Of a stretch of DNA of 64,000 nt, positions 23,877 through 37,418 are shown one piece after another. The notes under the pieces are model-generated. The model was not told the DNA's origin. It saw only the letters and a program-made list of their open reading frames with translations, and made no database searches. Within the stretch, counting starts at the first letter, position 1; the number at the start of each line of letters is the position of its first letter. Source of the stretch: Mobula hypostoma (taxonomy: Eukaryota); assembly GCF_963921235.1 (NCBI RefSeq), contig NC_086097.1:55616001-55680000 (forward strand). Direction: 5' to 3'. The position numbers were made by a program, and so were the translations under genes.

Positions 23877-24293
23877 TATGACTGTAGTGTAATCTCCATT
23901 TGCTAAACAATGCAAGGTAGATTTATCCATGCTTAAATTCCATCAGATGTATAAAGTAATGATAAAGACTGAACTAACTTTATCTACCTTTTATCTACCC
24001 TGGTGTCTTCATATGTGAACATATCTTCAAACACTATAGCGCCCTCTGATGGAGCCTCATAATATTTCACCTATTAAGCAAAATCAAATGAGAAAATAAA
24101 CTGGATACAGTAGTTGATGGAGGGCCATTTCCAATTTTAACCAGTGTTCAATGTTTCCTGTACTATCGACAGGTTAATTATAAATTCCTTGCTGAAATTC
24201 TACCAGCGCCAGAAATGAAACACTTTAAAATGACCATAAATTCATTTTCATATTTATCTAACAGAAGGAAAGCAAATGGTTTCATCTACAGTT

Positions 24294-24931
24294 CAAGGGT
24301 GGCAAACTAATGGCACATGTGCCCCATGTGGCACACACAACAATTTTGTTAATATGCAGCATGCAGCGCCACCTTTGATTCTTTAAAACCCTTCACAAGA
24401 AAAAGAGAATAATGACTATCTTTATTGCCAAATGAAGCAGCAAATGGATTTTGCAAACCAAGAGAAATGAGATGTTTTCTCAGGAAATGTCTCATGCCAG
24501 CTTGCCGCCAGCTGGATGGTTGCGAGAGCATATGACATTGGGTGATACACTTTGAAATGCTCCAAACAAATATGCACCAAAGCTTATAATTTCACATTTA
24601 CATTCACATGTTACTATAAATATGAGTTATAATAACAATGCTGTTTTGAAACAGTTATTTTCAATTGTTTTTAAAGATTAATATTAATGATTTTTGAACG
24701 TTTTGTAAAATGTTTTATTTCAATACATTTCTGTTATTGATAGTAAAACAATAGATACACATAAACCAGCGAAAGGATTCAACATTTTTCCTTTAAAAAA
24801 GTTCATGATTATTGTTACTAATTCATTAATCAATAATAATCTCTGCTCAGAATTTCCATGATAGAAGAGAGATTTTTTTTTAGATTATCACCATTTTGGG
24901 CGTGTGCTCTCAAAAAGGTTCACCAAACCTG
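24294..24931. mobile_element. hAT-Charlie (OC1-like) non-autonomous element
   Basis: Ends caagggtggcaaactaatggcacatgtgcc and aaaaggttcaccaaacctg resemble CAGTGATGGCGAACCT TIRs. Flanks atctacag (24284-24291) and atctacat (24932-24939) resemble the Charlie nTCTAGAn TSD, but are offset by 2 bp on the left. Confidence 0.65.
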
Positions 24932-25261
24932 ATCTACATTGTGTATTTTGCTGAAATTATAGGCACATTATCATATTCAAAATTCTTGCAATTATTGCCC
25001 TTTTATGAACTTTTACATTCTGTTTTTTATTGTCCATGCTGGGATCTGATGGGTCACTTGTTACAAAAGAAGGTAAAAACCTCTAGTTCTTGCTCCTTCT
25101 CCCATCTTCATCTTTATCATAGATTGGCATTGGAGGAAAGAAGAGTCAAGAAAATAAATGACAACAAAGATGGAAAAGAAATAATATGATCCCTGCAATC
25201 CTTGTTTAAGGAATAAAATCAAGCAGCTGAAATATCTCAGTGAAATAATAATAATAATATT

Positions 25262-26546
25262 AATATGAAACATGTGAGTATCTGGGCTATCAATAAGCAA
25301 ATAAAATAGATCACAGTGCAATAAACAGAAAACCTTCAACAGAATTTGCTTCAAGTTTTAAGAAAATTTGTAAACAGAGCTTAATAACAAAAATATAACA
25401 AAGGCATAAACACTTTCACTATACTGATATTAATGCGTTATTTTGGTATAATATTTTGAAAATTTGGAATCTGGAAAATTTACAAAGAAAAATAAGAACT
25501 GAAATGACAAATTAAAAAAATACTCTTCGTGCACTCGAACACACTTAGATTAACATTACCTAGGACAGAATGAGGAAGAGGAATAACATACATAAAACTT
25601 TTACACAACTGCTAAGGTTATATTTTCATAAACAAAAACAGATTCAGCACTCCATGCAAGCATATGTAATTCTGTTAATAAGTACACACCACTGAACTTA
25701 AATGAAAGCACAACCCAGAAAAATGAAGCAATTATCTGTACAGAAGAAAAGGTTAACCAATGGAAGAGCATGACACTTCATGGAAGACATTCCCATGAAC
25801 TGAGCAGAATGGACATGGACAAGGAAGCATTGAATGCCTGGTTCAGAGTTGGAGACTTATTTCCAGAAACAAAGGGATTCCTTGTGGCTATACAGGAGCA
25901 GGAAGGTGGTTAACACAAAAATGATCAAAAATACATAATAAAAGACACACAAATTAAGACAATAAATGCAGAAAATGCCAAGGAAAACCAGAAACAGTCC
26001 AACATATTGTGGCAAACATCATTTACCAAAATCTTCCTTCAAAATACAAACTCATAAAAGACACCATAGCTTACTGTAAATACATGCCTGATCCAGTTTT
26101 CAGGCCAGGGTCCCTTAAATTATATTACAACCAATCTGTTATTACAAAAGGGACAATCCATAATAACTCCTCTACATAGTAGAATATAAACAAACAAAAG
26201 CAACTTACTTAATAGACATACCCATTCCAAACACCCATAAAATACAGAAATTAATAAATGAACAACACCAGAAATATGCTGAATGAAAAGAGGAAATTGG
26301 AAGACTGTGGAACATGACAGTGTAGACATTGTCCCAGTTAGAATATCTACAATTGGTATCATCCCAAAGTCACTACATAATAGCATCAAACAATTAGGCC
26401 TGCATAGTAATATTTATGTAAATCTCCAGAAAGCGACATTACTAAACACCACTAAAATAGTCCAAAAGTTGCTAGCAATTGAGAAATGACTGTGATTGGC
26501 AATGCCCACACCTCAGGCTTTACTAGCTTGAGCTGAGAAAAAAAAA
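25262..26546 (+). mobile_element. R4/Dong-clade (restriction-like endonuclease) non-LTR retrotransposon, 5'-truncated and decayed
   Basis: Fragments CEYLGY, RLTLPRTE*GRGI, WKSMTLHGRH, LFPETKGFLVAIQ, KCRKCQGKPETVQHIV (zinc knuckle), YLIDIPIP, IVPVRISTIGIIPK...LQKATLLNT. A-tail at 26538-26546. Confidence 0.8.
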
Positions 26547-26699
26547 TGTTGATTTTACTTAGAATGACAATATGTATCATTCAAATCTACTTGTCCACTA
26601 TGTTCTTTCTGTCTTGGCGTTCGGTCAAGTTATGAACCTTAAGTAGACTATGTGAATACTGGAACACAGGTACAAGTTCTCTGGGACCAAATCTTATAT

Positions 26700-26932
26700 G
26701 ATTTTATTTAGAGATACGGCACATTTACAGGCCCTTCTAACCCAATGACCCGTGCTACCAAATTACACCCATGTAACCAACATGTCTTTGGAATGTGGGA
26801 GGATATCAGAGCACCCAAAGGAAACGCATGTGGTCATGGGGAGAGCGTACAGCCTCCTTGCAGGCATTGGTGGGAACTGAACCTGGGTCACTGGTACTGA
26901 TATAGCATTAACTATATAATACCATGCCACCC
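26700..26932 (-). mobile_element. V-SINE (HE1-like) with CR1-type tail
   Basis: V-domain complement ggaatgtgggaggatatcagagcacccaaaggaaac...ggggagagcgtac. tRNA-like head with ccaggttcagttccc. Tail gaagggcctgtaaatgtgccgtatctct. Confidence 0.75.
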
Positions 26933-27192
26933 TGAATTTTGATTGTCTTTTGTGTTATTTACTAGAAAACATACTGTACTGTGTGTGGGTACATGCAATT
27001 AATTTACTCAAATACTTTTGATCTAAAGGCAGGATTTCACCAAAAGCAATCCTTGCACCTATTATTCATCCAGCTTCTGAGTAACACTGAGATGTTGAAA
27101 TGTTTTGTACTTTACCAATTTGAATTTGCTATGAAAACATTTAAACTTACATAAAATGCAAGGTAACACATAAGGTAACATATAAAATTTAA

Positions 27193-27507
27193 GGACAACA
27201 CGGTTGTGTAACATTTAGCACAGCACTCTACAGCGCCAGCAAATGGAAGATCAGGGTTCAATTCCCAGTGCTGTCTGTAAGGAGTTTGTACGTTCTCCCC
27301 ACGACCAACTGGGTTTCCTCCGGGTGCTCCGGTTTCCTCCCACATTCCAAAGGCATATGGGTGAGGGTTAGTCATTTGTGGGCATGTATCAGAAGCATGG
27401 CAACATTTGCCATCTCTCCCTAGCCCATCCTACTACTGTGATGGTTGTTGATACAAATGATGTATTCGATGTTTCGATGTACATGTGACAAATAAAGCTA
27501 ATCTCTT
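27193..27507 (+). mobile_element. V-SINE with Rex/L2-type tail
   Basis: B box gggttcaattccc (27253-27265); V-domain gtttgtacgttctcccc...gggtttcctccgggtgctccggtttcctcccacattccaaag; tail catgtgacaaataaagctaatct. Confidence 0.85.
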
Positions 27508-28184
27508 AAAATAATCTCTCTGAATAAAATGGCTGTCATTATATGTCTTTGATTTGACTTTAGGAAACTGGCTTTGATTTGTGTTAGTTCAATACACAAT
27601 GTGGATAGACCCAGCTGTTGGTTTTGCTCTACTTTTGTCAGGATAAGTGGGTAACATTACTTCATGTTCATTAAAAGGATGAAGCAAATTGTAATCAGTG
27701 AACAGTCGGTTTGAAATTCAAAGGATTACCATGCATGTACAGGTGCAGCTTCAAAAACTCATGCCTGTATGTTGGCTTTCAATGTTGTGGGTTAGAGCAC
27801 CTGGTAATTATAACAGGATGTATGTAAATACAATTAAAAGTTCATTTTTCGTGCCTGTTAAACCAAATAGTATTTTATTTTACTATTACTCCCCTACCAG
27901 ATACCTCTTCTGAAGCGATTGATTTCCAATTAGAACAGTTTCATTGGTTCCAACCACCCTCCAATGTTTCTCCTGCATAATATTTATTAAATTGTGTGTG
28001 TAGTTCCAAAAAGGAGAGTGTGAATGAAGAGTAGATAGTCAAGAAGGCCACAGCTGATTTATACACATAACTCGCTGAATGTGACCTTGGTCAACATGCC
28101 CTCCTAAATGGAAAGGCATTGAGACCTCTTCAGGCAATCCTGCTGCCACTGGCCTGAAATCACATTGTATATATGTCACTATAT

Positions 28185-28205
28185 ATACATACATACACAT
28201 ATACA

Positions 28206-28265
<60 letters not shown>

Positions 28266-28297
28266 CACGCACACACACGCACACACACACACACACA
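28185..28297. repeat. (CA)n microsatellite, expanded inside a Rex-like 3' tail remnant (28160-28365, minus)
   Basis: Direct CA run with CG and TA interruptions. The flank resembles the Rex 3' UTR at 14120-14200 in reverse. Confidence 0.95.
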
Positions 28298-28699
28298 AGA
28301 CTTATTTTCCTGTAGGCATTCACAACAAATACGACAATACACAATAGAATCAATGAAAGACCACAGCCAATGGGACGGACAAACTCATGGGAGTTCATGA
28401 AAGTGCCTCCATGTTTTGACAGTCAAAGCGAGCATGAAAGGCACAGAGCTCATCAGGGAGGAAAACCTTGTTGTCACCTATGTCATTTGGTTTCACTTTG
28501 TGGGAGAGGATAGCATCAAGCCCTGGCAGAGCTATCGAGCATCCTTCAGTGATTCAAGTTTGGCCTGGAATTTCCACTTTGCATGTCGGCTGGTTTTCTG
28601 GAGAGATCATCCCTAGATCTCTGGTATTTTACTTGGTTGCCAGACTTGAAAACCATTGATCTGACTCTCAGCAGGGCCTCTGGTTAGAGAAGACACAAA

Positions 28700-29790
28700 T
28701 GATTTTCTGGGGACTCACTCATCTATGACTGTTTTTATAAAGTCCATGACAACCATGATGTATTTGTTCAGATCCTCTGCTGAGACATTAAACATGGTCC
28801 AGTTCACTGACTTGAAACAACCCCGTAACCGCCCCTTTGCCTCCTGCGACCACCTCTTCAATGTTCTAACTTCTGGAGCCTTGCTCTTTAGCCTCTGCCT
28901 GTATGCAAACAGACGGACAGCCAAATGATCAGATTTCTCAAAATGTGGTCTAAGGATTGAACAGTAGGAATTCCTCACGGTGTTATAGCAGTTATTGAGT
29001 TAGTTGGGGTCCCTGATGCTGCAGCTGGCATACTGATGATAATTGGGCAGAGATCTCTTCAAACAAGCCTGACTGAAGTTCCTGGCAATGATTTGAAAGG
29101 CACCGGGGTAGGTTGTTTCTTGTTTGCTGATGATGGCACTCAGTTCCTCGAGTGCCTGCTCAACATAGGCCGTTGGCGGTGTGGAAACTGCGGTCAGGAT
29201 CACCGAGGACAACTCTGTTGGTAAGTAGAATGGTTAGCACTTAATCATCAGAAGTTCCAGGTTGGGAGATCAAGAGTATTACAATGCCACTGTGTACGAC
29301 AATCACAAAGAGTTTATCATGAAACACAGACCCTCACCTTTTGCCTTCTCTGAATCAGCAGTCTAGCATGAGCCATATCTCTGTGAAACACAGAATGCAG
29401 CAATCCCTCATTTGCCTCCGATACAACAATCCTGTCCTTTGTTCCCCAATCTTATTCTCCAGACTGTACATTTGCTAGCAACGTATTGGATAGAGGAAGT
29501 TTCATATCCTGTCATTTTCATCTGGCTTGGACTCCTCTCCTACTCCCTCTCTTTCAGCCATGGTGATGTATCTTCATCCACTGACAAGCGCCATACCCAC
29601 AGTCTTCAGAGTTAAGCCCAAAGGATACTTCAGAAGATCGTGAAATCGCTAGTTTGTTAAGACAGTTCAAAAGTATGTTATTTAAAGGGAAATTACAGGC
29701 TGCCGGTTGCAGTGAGAGTAGTTCAGTTGAAGTATATTACAGTTGAAGCTTTGTAAGCTGCCTGCAACTTGTCGCTGTGTTTCACCAGAG
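28700..29790 (-). mobile_element. Rex1/Babar LINE 5' part (endonuclease domain)
   Basis: ILCFTEIW, SSVILTAVSTPP...RNFSQACLK..LPNYHQ, RPHFEKSDHLAV. Confidence 0.8.
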
Positions 29791-30050
29791 CACATCATGA
29801 GTGAGAGATTGAACCGAACAAAATTCCTTACATGTACGGCTTTGACTCCCTTTTTATACAAAACTATATTATGTACATTATATATTTCATTGCCTGAGGC
29901 AATTTCTTAACAATACATAGGGTAATTGGCATTCATTATGGGAATTTAATATTGGATGATTTGCAGGTGAATGTTTGTTTTATAGGAATAAAGCAGGGTA
30001 TACTCAGCAGATGGTGTTGCATCAATGGAGAGAGGCACAGATTTTACAGA

Positions 30051-30876
30051 TGTTACGTACCCTGTAACTGGGTTGCCAAACCAGCAGAAATGGATCACTC
30101 AGTTGGAGTCTGGAGTACTAGAACTAAGAAAGTTTTATTAAAGAAACAAGCAACACAGTAATCGAAAGGATAATAAATGCAACAGTTCAGCTATGATAAA
30201 CACACATGTGCACAGAATTAAGATAACAGCATCAATCAAGCTCTATCGTTGTCTAGGGGTAAATGACCAAATTTCAAAGTGACTCAAAGTTCAGTCCAAT
30301 TTAGTAGTTCAGTTCGCAGTAATCGTTGCCATGGCGATGGACAACGTGGCGGGAGAGAGAGAGAGAGAACGGGAACGACTGATCATTCAGACACGGCTTC
30401 ACTCACAGACCGGCGATATGGCTCACAAGCAACTTTTGGGCAGGTCCTCGGTGATGTCACCTGGGGTCACCGACTGTGACCCCTCCTCCAGATGCGGTCG
30501 ATCCTCTGCAGTGAACCCGGCACCCAGTCAAGGGCGGACACACACCGGGTTCCCGCTGATCGTACCTTTCCACCCTGGCCGTTGTCTGGTACTTCCCAAC
30601 GACTTGTGAGAGGCGTATCGCTTCCGGGGTCTCGTTACCTCGGGTGGCATGTGTCCTGCCTTAGCGAACCTGTCCCTTTTTATCCCCCTGCTGGGGTATC
30701 GCCTGTCCATCACTTCAAACAGTTCAGGGTTCAAAGGGGGAGCTGCTCCAGACAGCTCTCTACACATCTCCAGGTGCTGTTTCATTGTGTCCCTTATCTC
30801 TCTCTTGAAGACAGGTGGCAGACCAACTGCTGATCACACTGGACAGCTAACATCTTATCTATGTGTATTCGTCACA
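30051..30876 (-). mobile_element. Solo LTR (826 bp), Gypsy- or ERV-like
   Basis: TG...CA termini (tgttacg...cgtcaca) with a 4-bp TSD CAGA (30047-30050 / 30877-30880). Minus-strand AATAAA near 30132-30137. Strand is tentative. Confidence 0.9.
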
Positions 30877-32361
30877 CAGATTAATGACTTATCAGAACTA
30901 TACTGAATAACTAACTTCTTCACAGGACAATTAAGCTGTTGATTACCCAGGGAGCTGTAGAAAGAAAAGGATCTCAATTTTCCACTTGGGTTCTAACCTG
31001 CAGTTATTGCCTGTGATAGAACTGCCTGAGTTCCTTTCTGGTGGAGTCATTGGGATAAAGCAAAGCCAAGCATTGCCTTAAATGTATCCGAATACATACT
31101 AACTGCTAGGAACTCTTTCACCTTCCGACATGGGCAAAATAAATTGTCTACTCAAGTTCCATATCTTAAAACATGCCTGATCTTCGTTTCCAATTATTTC
31201 AATCTGTTCTGTGTTCTTTGCTGTCTAAACAATGTAGCTGCATTCTATTCCAAACCAAGCTGGCTATTTTCTCCTCCACACATTACAATATTGAAACAGT
31301 TGTCACTGTGATCAAAGACACCAGAGAGATACTAAAGTTGGTGATATAGAAGTCTTCATTCACAACAAGCAGGCTTCATTCTGGAGATACTCCTGGCAAA
31401 GGCTCACACACCCAAAAGTACATCACATTTTCATATTCTTAAGATCAAAGTTAACAGCAGGTGATTCAATACAACTTCAAAAGTTAAAATGGCATTCTTT
31501 ACTTCAATACTTTGGGTTGACAAATGGTTCCTTTGATGAACACATTTACAATGGAATTACATAGTAATTGATAAACAGCTCTGAAGGTTCAAACACCTTT
31601 ACCAGGAGAGATGAATGAACATAATTATTCTAAAAAACTTCTGATAACGAAGAGCCAGATACCAAAATTTATGTTGTCAGGGCTGTCTCTGAGTACACAA
31701 GTATAATAAAATATTGATTGCCTATCCCTGTGACTATCTTTATATACTGAGTGACAACATTTGTCTGGGCTGCCAGTTTGAACACAAGTCACAATGGTGC
31801 AAATAACCTGACCATGTTGCCTGGTTTGATGCAAGCCAATTAACACAACCCCATTGTCATAATGCTGGGCTCTTGCATATGCAATCTCTTCGTCTTTAGG
31901 CCAGTTTACATTCAATTTACTGCTTGCAATTTGCAATAAGAACTGAAGGCTAATTGCAAGCATCCTGATTTTATTTATATTTATAATAAGAAATGAAGAC
32001 TAGTTCTTTTTAGCATTAACATCTGCTATATCCACATAACTCCAGAATATTCCCTAATGGAAACCATTTGTTAAATAGTATGATCATTAACTTTGAATTC
32101 ATATACAAGTTCTCAGAAATCCAGTACAGTATAACTAAAGAATACAAAGTCTAAAATGGAAGAAGTTGCAAACACTTTCAGGATCCAAAGCTGAAATTAA
32201 CCAGATCTATGCATGTAATATAAATTTGTTCTCCATGGACTGTTTTGACAATGTGTGTCCAGAGGAAAACATTTCCTAATGGAAAGTAATTCAAAGAAAA
32301 TATTCAATAATTTTCAAACTTGAATCATTGAAAAAGGATCTAGTGCTTCCCTGGTGTACAA

Positions 32362-32470
32362 GATGAATGAACTCTTCTCAGGCTTCATCAGAAGATGACA
32401 GAGTTTGTCATCAAAAAGTTGGTTATAATTGATACCTGTACCCAGCTGGAAGCCCGAGAAGAGTGCATTT
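32362..32470. mobile_element. Mini Penelope-like fold-back remnant that hosts the L1 insertion
   Basis: Inverted arms aatgaactcttctcaggcttc / gaagcccgagaagagtgcatt flank a degenerate hammerhead-like core (cagaagatgacagagtttgtcatcaaaaagtt). Confidence 0.55.
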
Positions 32471-35400
32471 CTTTTCCTTTTAAATCTTTTTATTGACTAA
32501 GTATACAAAGGGTAAACCATAAAGGCACTAATACACTGTTAGAAATTACAGGAGATATTAATACAGAAGAAAAAATTGATACAAACAGTGCAATTTAAAC
32601 ATAAAATAATATGGTAAAATAATAGTATACTGATTTATATATATATATAACAATAGAGAAAAGGGGAAAAAAATCCCAAAAAAGACCCCCAAAAAAAACC
32701 CGCTGTGCAACTAAACTACAAGCAAAGCAAAGCAATGGGCTAACTTGGAAACAGGTAGAGTTAAAGAACTTAAAATCATATCCTCAAACCCGACCTCCAT
32801 TAAAAACAGTTAAAAAAAAAGGCAAGAAGGGAATATAAATATGGAACAAAAGAGAAAAAAAATTACATTAAATGAAAATATTGAATAAAAGATCTCCAGG
32901 TCTGTTCAAATTTAAGTGAGGAATCATAAAGATTACTTCTAATTTTCTCCAAATTTAAGCATAATATTGGCTGGGAAAACCAAAAAAAGGTAGTTGGAGC
33001 ATTAGGCTCTTTCCAATGTTGTAAGATACATCTTTTCGTCATTAAAGTAAGAAATGCAATCATTCTACGGGCTGAAGGGGAAAGATTACTGGAAATTTTA
33101 GGTAATCCAAAGATAGCAGTAACAGGATGAGGAGAAATATCTATATTCAATACCTTTGAGATAATATTAAAAATGTCTCTCCAAAAAGTTTCCAGAGTAG
33201 GACAAGACCAAAACATATGAGTTAAAGAGGCTATCTGCCCCGGACATCTATCATAAAAAGGATTAATATGAGAATAGAAACGAGCTAATTTATCTTTGGA
33301 CATATGTGCTCTATGAACAACTTTAAATTGAATTAGGGAATGTTTAGCACAGATAGAGGAAGTATTGACTAATTGTAAAATCTGCCCCCAGTCATCCACG
33401 GAAATAATAGAACCCAATTCTTGTTCCCAATCTGACCTAATCTTATCAAATGGAGCTTTCCTAAGTTTCATAATAATATTATAAATAATAGCCGTTACAC
33501 CTTTCTGACATGGATTAAGGTTAATTATAGTATCTAAAATATATGTAGGAGGTAGCGTCGGAAAGGAAGAGAGTATAGTACTTAGGAAATTTCTAACTTG
33601 GAGATATCTAAAAAAATGTATTCTTGGTAAATTATATTTATTAGATAATTGTTCAAAAGACATAAGGGAACCATCTAAAAATAAATCCAGAAACCGTGAA
33701 ATACCCTTAGTCTTCCAAATTTGAAACGCACGATCCATGACAGAGGGAGGAAAAAATATGTTACCTAAAATAGGGATCGCTAGCCCAAATTGGTCGAGAT
33801 CAAAAAATTTTCTGAATTGAAACCAAATACGCAAGGTATACTTAACTATCGGGTTAGAGACCAGTTTAAGGCATTTCAAATCAAAAGGAAGAGAGGAACC
33901 TAAATTAGAGCCAAGTGCATAGCCCTGAGTAGATTGTAATTCCAATACTACCCATTTAGGAATGGATAGTGTATCTTGGTCAAGTAACCAAAATTTCATA
34001 TGTCGAATATTAATTGTCCAATAATAGAATCTGAAGTTAGGTAATGCTAAATTGTGCTAATAAATCTAAAGCAGCAGGGATAGATTTTTGAGGATTAGAA
34101 ATATATAAAAGTAAGTCATCAGCATAGAGTGATATTTTATGGGACTTTAGGCCCCGAGTTATCCCAATAATATTTGGAGATTTAGGAATGGATAGTGTAT
34201 CTTGGTCAAGTAACCAAAATTTCATATGTCGAATATTAATTGCCCAATAATAGAATCTGAAGGTAGGTAATGCTAAATTGTGCTAATAAATCTAAAGCAG
34301 CAGGGATAGATTTTTGAGGATTAGAAATATATAAAAGTAAGTCATCAGCATAGAGTGATATTTTATGGGACTTTAGGCCCCGAGTTATCCCAATAATATT
34401 TGGAGATTCTCGAATGGCAATTGCAAGAGGTTCTAATGCAATATCAAATAATAAAGGACTAAGAGGACAACCTTGTCGAGTACCTCGAAAAAGAGGGAAA
34501 AAAGGTGAGCTTAAAGTGTTAGTACGAACCGAGGCCATAGGAGAATAATATAACAGTTTAATCCAGGATATAAATTTCGAGCTAAAATTAAACATTTCAA
34601 GCACCTTAAATAAGTAAGGCCATTCTACTCTATCAAAAGCTTTTTCAGCATCTAAAGAGATAACACACTCGGGAACATTTTGTGAGGGGGTATAAACAAT
34701 ATTTAACAGTGTGCAAATGTTATAGAAAGAGTACCGACCTTTAATAAAACCCGTTTGGTCTTCCGAAATAATAAAAGGGAGTAATTTTTCTAATCTGTTT
34801 GCTAATAATTTAGAAAAAATTTTAATAGTCTATAAGATGCGCATTGAGCAGGATCTTTATCCTTCTTTAATATTAGAGAGATTGACGCTCTATAAAAGGA
34901 TTCGGGAAGTTTACCAAGTTTTAATGAAGCCTCCAAAACCCTACAGAGCCAAGGGATTAATGAAAGTGCAAAAAACTTACAAAATTCCACGGTAAACCCA
35001 TCAGGGCCAGGAGCTTTCCCCAGGTTCACAGAGGAAATAACAATCTCATCAGTAGTAATGGGAGTATCAAGCATAGAAGACATATCCTGTGAAATCTCAG
35101 GGATATCTAAAAAGTCATTCATATATTTAGAGTCTCGTAAAGACAGATTGATATAAGGAAGAATAAAAATCAAAGAAAGTTTGATTGATCTCCGCATGAT
35201 CAAATATCAGTCGATCATTTTGATTATAAATCTGATTAATTTGAGATTTAGTATAATTAGACTTCAGTTGGTTAGCCAACAGTTTACCAACTTTGTCACT
35301 GTGTACATAAAATTCACTTCTTGTTTTCTTTAATTGGTTTACAATCGAGGACGAAAGTAATAAGCTGTGCTCCATTTGAAGTTCAGTTCTTTGTTTATAT

Positions 35401-37418
35401 AACTCCTCAGAGGGAGCTGTAACATATTTCTTATCAATTTCCTTAATCTCGTCCACAATTACCAACTCCTCCTGCTTCAACTTCTTCCTCAAAGCAGCAG
35501 AATACGAGATAATCTGACCACGAATATAAGCTTTAAAAGTATCCCAAAGAATGTTCACAGAAATATCCTCTGTGTAGTTGATTGTAAAAAAGAAATCAAT
35601 CTGTTCATTCATAAAGTTAACAAAATCCGAGTCCTGAAGCAGCAACGAATTAAAACGCCATTGTCTATTATAATTTCATTACTTTCAAGACAAGGAGAAA
35701 CTGCTTCGATTTGTTCGATCTAAAGGTTATATTGATTTTTTGCATCTTCAGTTCCGATTCGTGGAGGACTTCAGCAAACAGATTCGGGATCAACGGGTTC
35801 GTTACAGATCTGTGATGTCGGAACTCTACAAGATGGATTTAAAACCAACGCTGCTTTACCCTGCGCGTTTAAGGATACGAACGCCTGACGGAGCCCTTTG
35901 TTTTTTTGAATCTCCATCGGATGCCCAGAGTTATCTGGATCAATTTTCACCTTCAACATCTTAATCGTAATTTTTAATTATCTCCGTTTGATCGGAGGTT
36001 GTGAATCTGTTGGGTTTAATTTTTGGTTGCTTTATATGGGCAGAAAAGTTTTTTTTTGATTAATTAATATGGTTGCCAAACTTGCTTTCTAACTGCGTCA
36101 TTCCTTTTTTATTTCCCTGGGGGTTATGGGTGGTTATTCCCTCAGCATCATTTCGTGTATTTCCTTTGAGGCCTTAAATTTCGTAGTCTTTAAATGTACT
36201 TTTTTCTGTAGGTTTTCCTAACTAGTTTTATATTAATAATTTAGTTTCTTTTTTTTTGGTTATCATTGGGTCTGTGGTCTGTTACGGTTTTCTTTATATT
36301 TTCTGGCTTTTTCTCTGTTTTATATCGTGTTTGTCTTAACTGTTCTACTTTTTTTATTCTTTTACTGTTTTATAATTAGCTGATCTTTTTTATATTTACA
36401 CTTTTTTTAGTGAGCGTCTATCGGAAGTCATGGGGGTAGTTCTAGTGCTTGCTTCTTTCTGGCGGGTCTGCTTTAGATTTAGCCTTGAGGTCATGGGGTA
36501 GGGTGGTGGGAGGGGCTTCATGTTTTAGTTTTTTTCTTCTTGGGCTATTTACATTACTGAAGCATTGGTTGCGTTCTCCTACCCGTTATCTCTGGTTTGT
36601 TCTGTTCCCTTTCCTGGTTCGTGGGTCGAACCTATTGTCAATCCTCTTTTTTGCGGGTTGACTTTAGGGTTTATGGAGTCTATTATTAATTTTGTCTCCT
36701 GGAATACTAATGGTCTTAATCATCCTATTAAAAGGAAAAAAGTTTTTAAAGTATTCCGGAGACTTAAAGCACATGTTCTATTTTTACAAAAGACCCATAT
36801 GCGGAGGGGGGACAGACTACGTTTTTTTAAATTCTGGAAGGAACAACAGTTTCATTCGAATTCTAACGCTAAGATTCGAGGCGTCTCTATTCTTATAGAC
36901 TCCTCAGTTACTTTTGTACAACATGATATTATCTCTGATCCGGATGGTAGATTTCTACTGGTTAGTGGTCTACTCTTCAATAAAAAGGTAGTTTTGGTTA
37001 ATGTTTATGCCCCCGATATGGACTGTCCGGAATTTTATAAATCATTATTTAATCGGTTCCCGAATTTGAATGAGTTTTCATTGATCCGGGGCGGAGATCT
37101 TAATACTTGCTTATCTCCAGTTTTGGACCGTTCGGCTCCTCTATGGACCTTACCTAATAAATCTGCAACTTTGATTAACTCATTCCTCTCTGATTCTGGG
37201 TCGACGGACATTTGGCGTTTTTTGCATCCTCAGGAAAAAGATTTTTCTTTTTTTTCACATGTTCACCATTCCTATTCAAGAACTGATTTTTTTTTAATTG
37301 ACTCTCGGCTTATCTCTTCAGTGATTAAATGTGATTATGATTCTATAACCATTTTGGGCCATGCTCCACTTAAGCTTTCTATTAAAATTCAGGTCAATAC
37401 ACAAAATAATAGACAATG
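32471..37418 (-). mobile_element. L1-clade LINE with 5' inversion (minus 32471-35671; inverted plus segment 35672-37418)
   Basis: Minus part: RT (KAPGPDGF, LDAEKAFD, GTRQGCPLSP, LYADD), C-terminal RC...HMFWSC, AATAAA tail. Plus part: ORF1 C-terminus (LLYPARLRI), T-rich spacer, EN (SWNTNGL, GGDLN). 15-bp TSD gagaagagtgcattt (32456-32470 / 37419-37433). Confidence 0.95.
36673..37418 (+). pseudogene. L1 ORF2 AP-endonuclease domain (inverted segment)
   Basis: MESIINFVSWNTNGLNHPIKR...FLQKTH...NVYAP...GGDLN...SRTDFFL...LGHAPL. Conserved QET, RID and SDH positions are altered. Confidence 0.85.

Noticed and set aside
27193..27270. tRNA gene
   Set aside because: A tRNA-derived SINE head followed by a V domain. 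No cloverleaf and no T-run terminator.
28039..28400. His/Thr- and Cys/Val-rich ORFs
   Set aside because: Translations of the (CA)n microsatellite.
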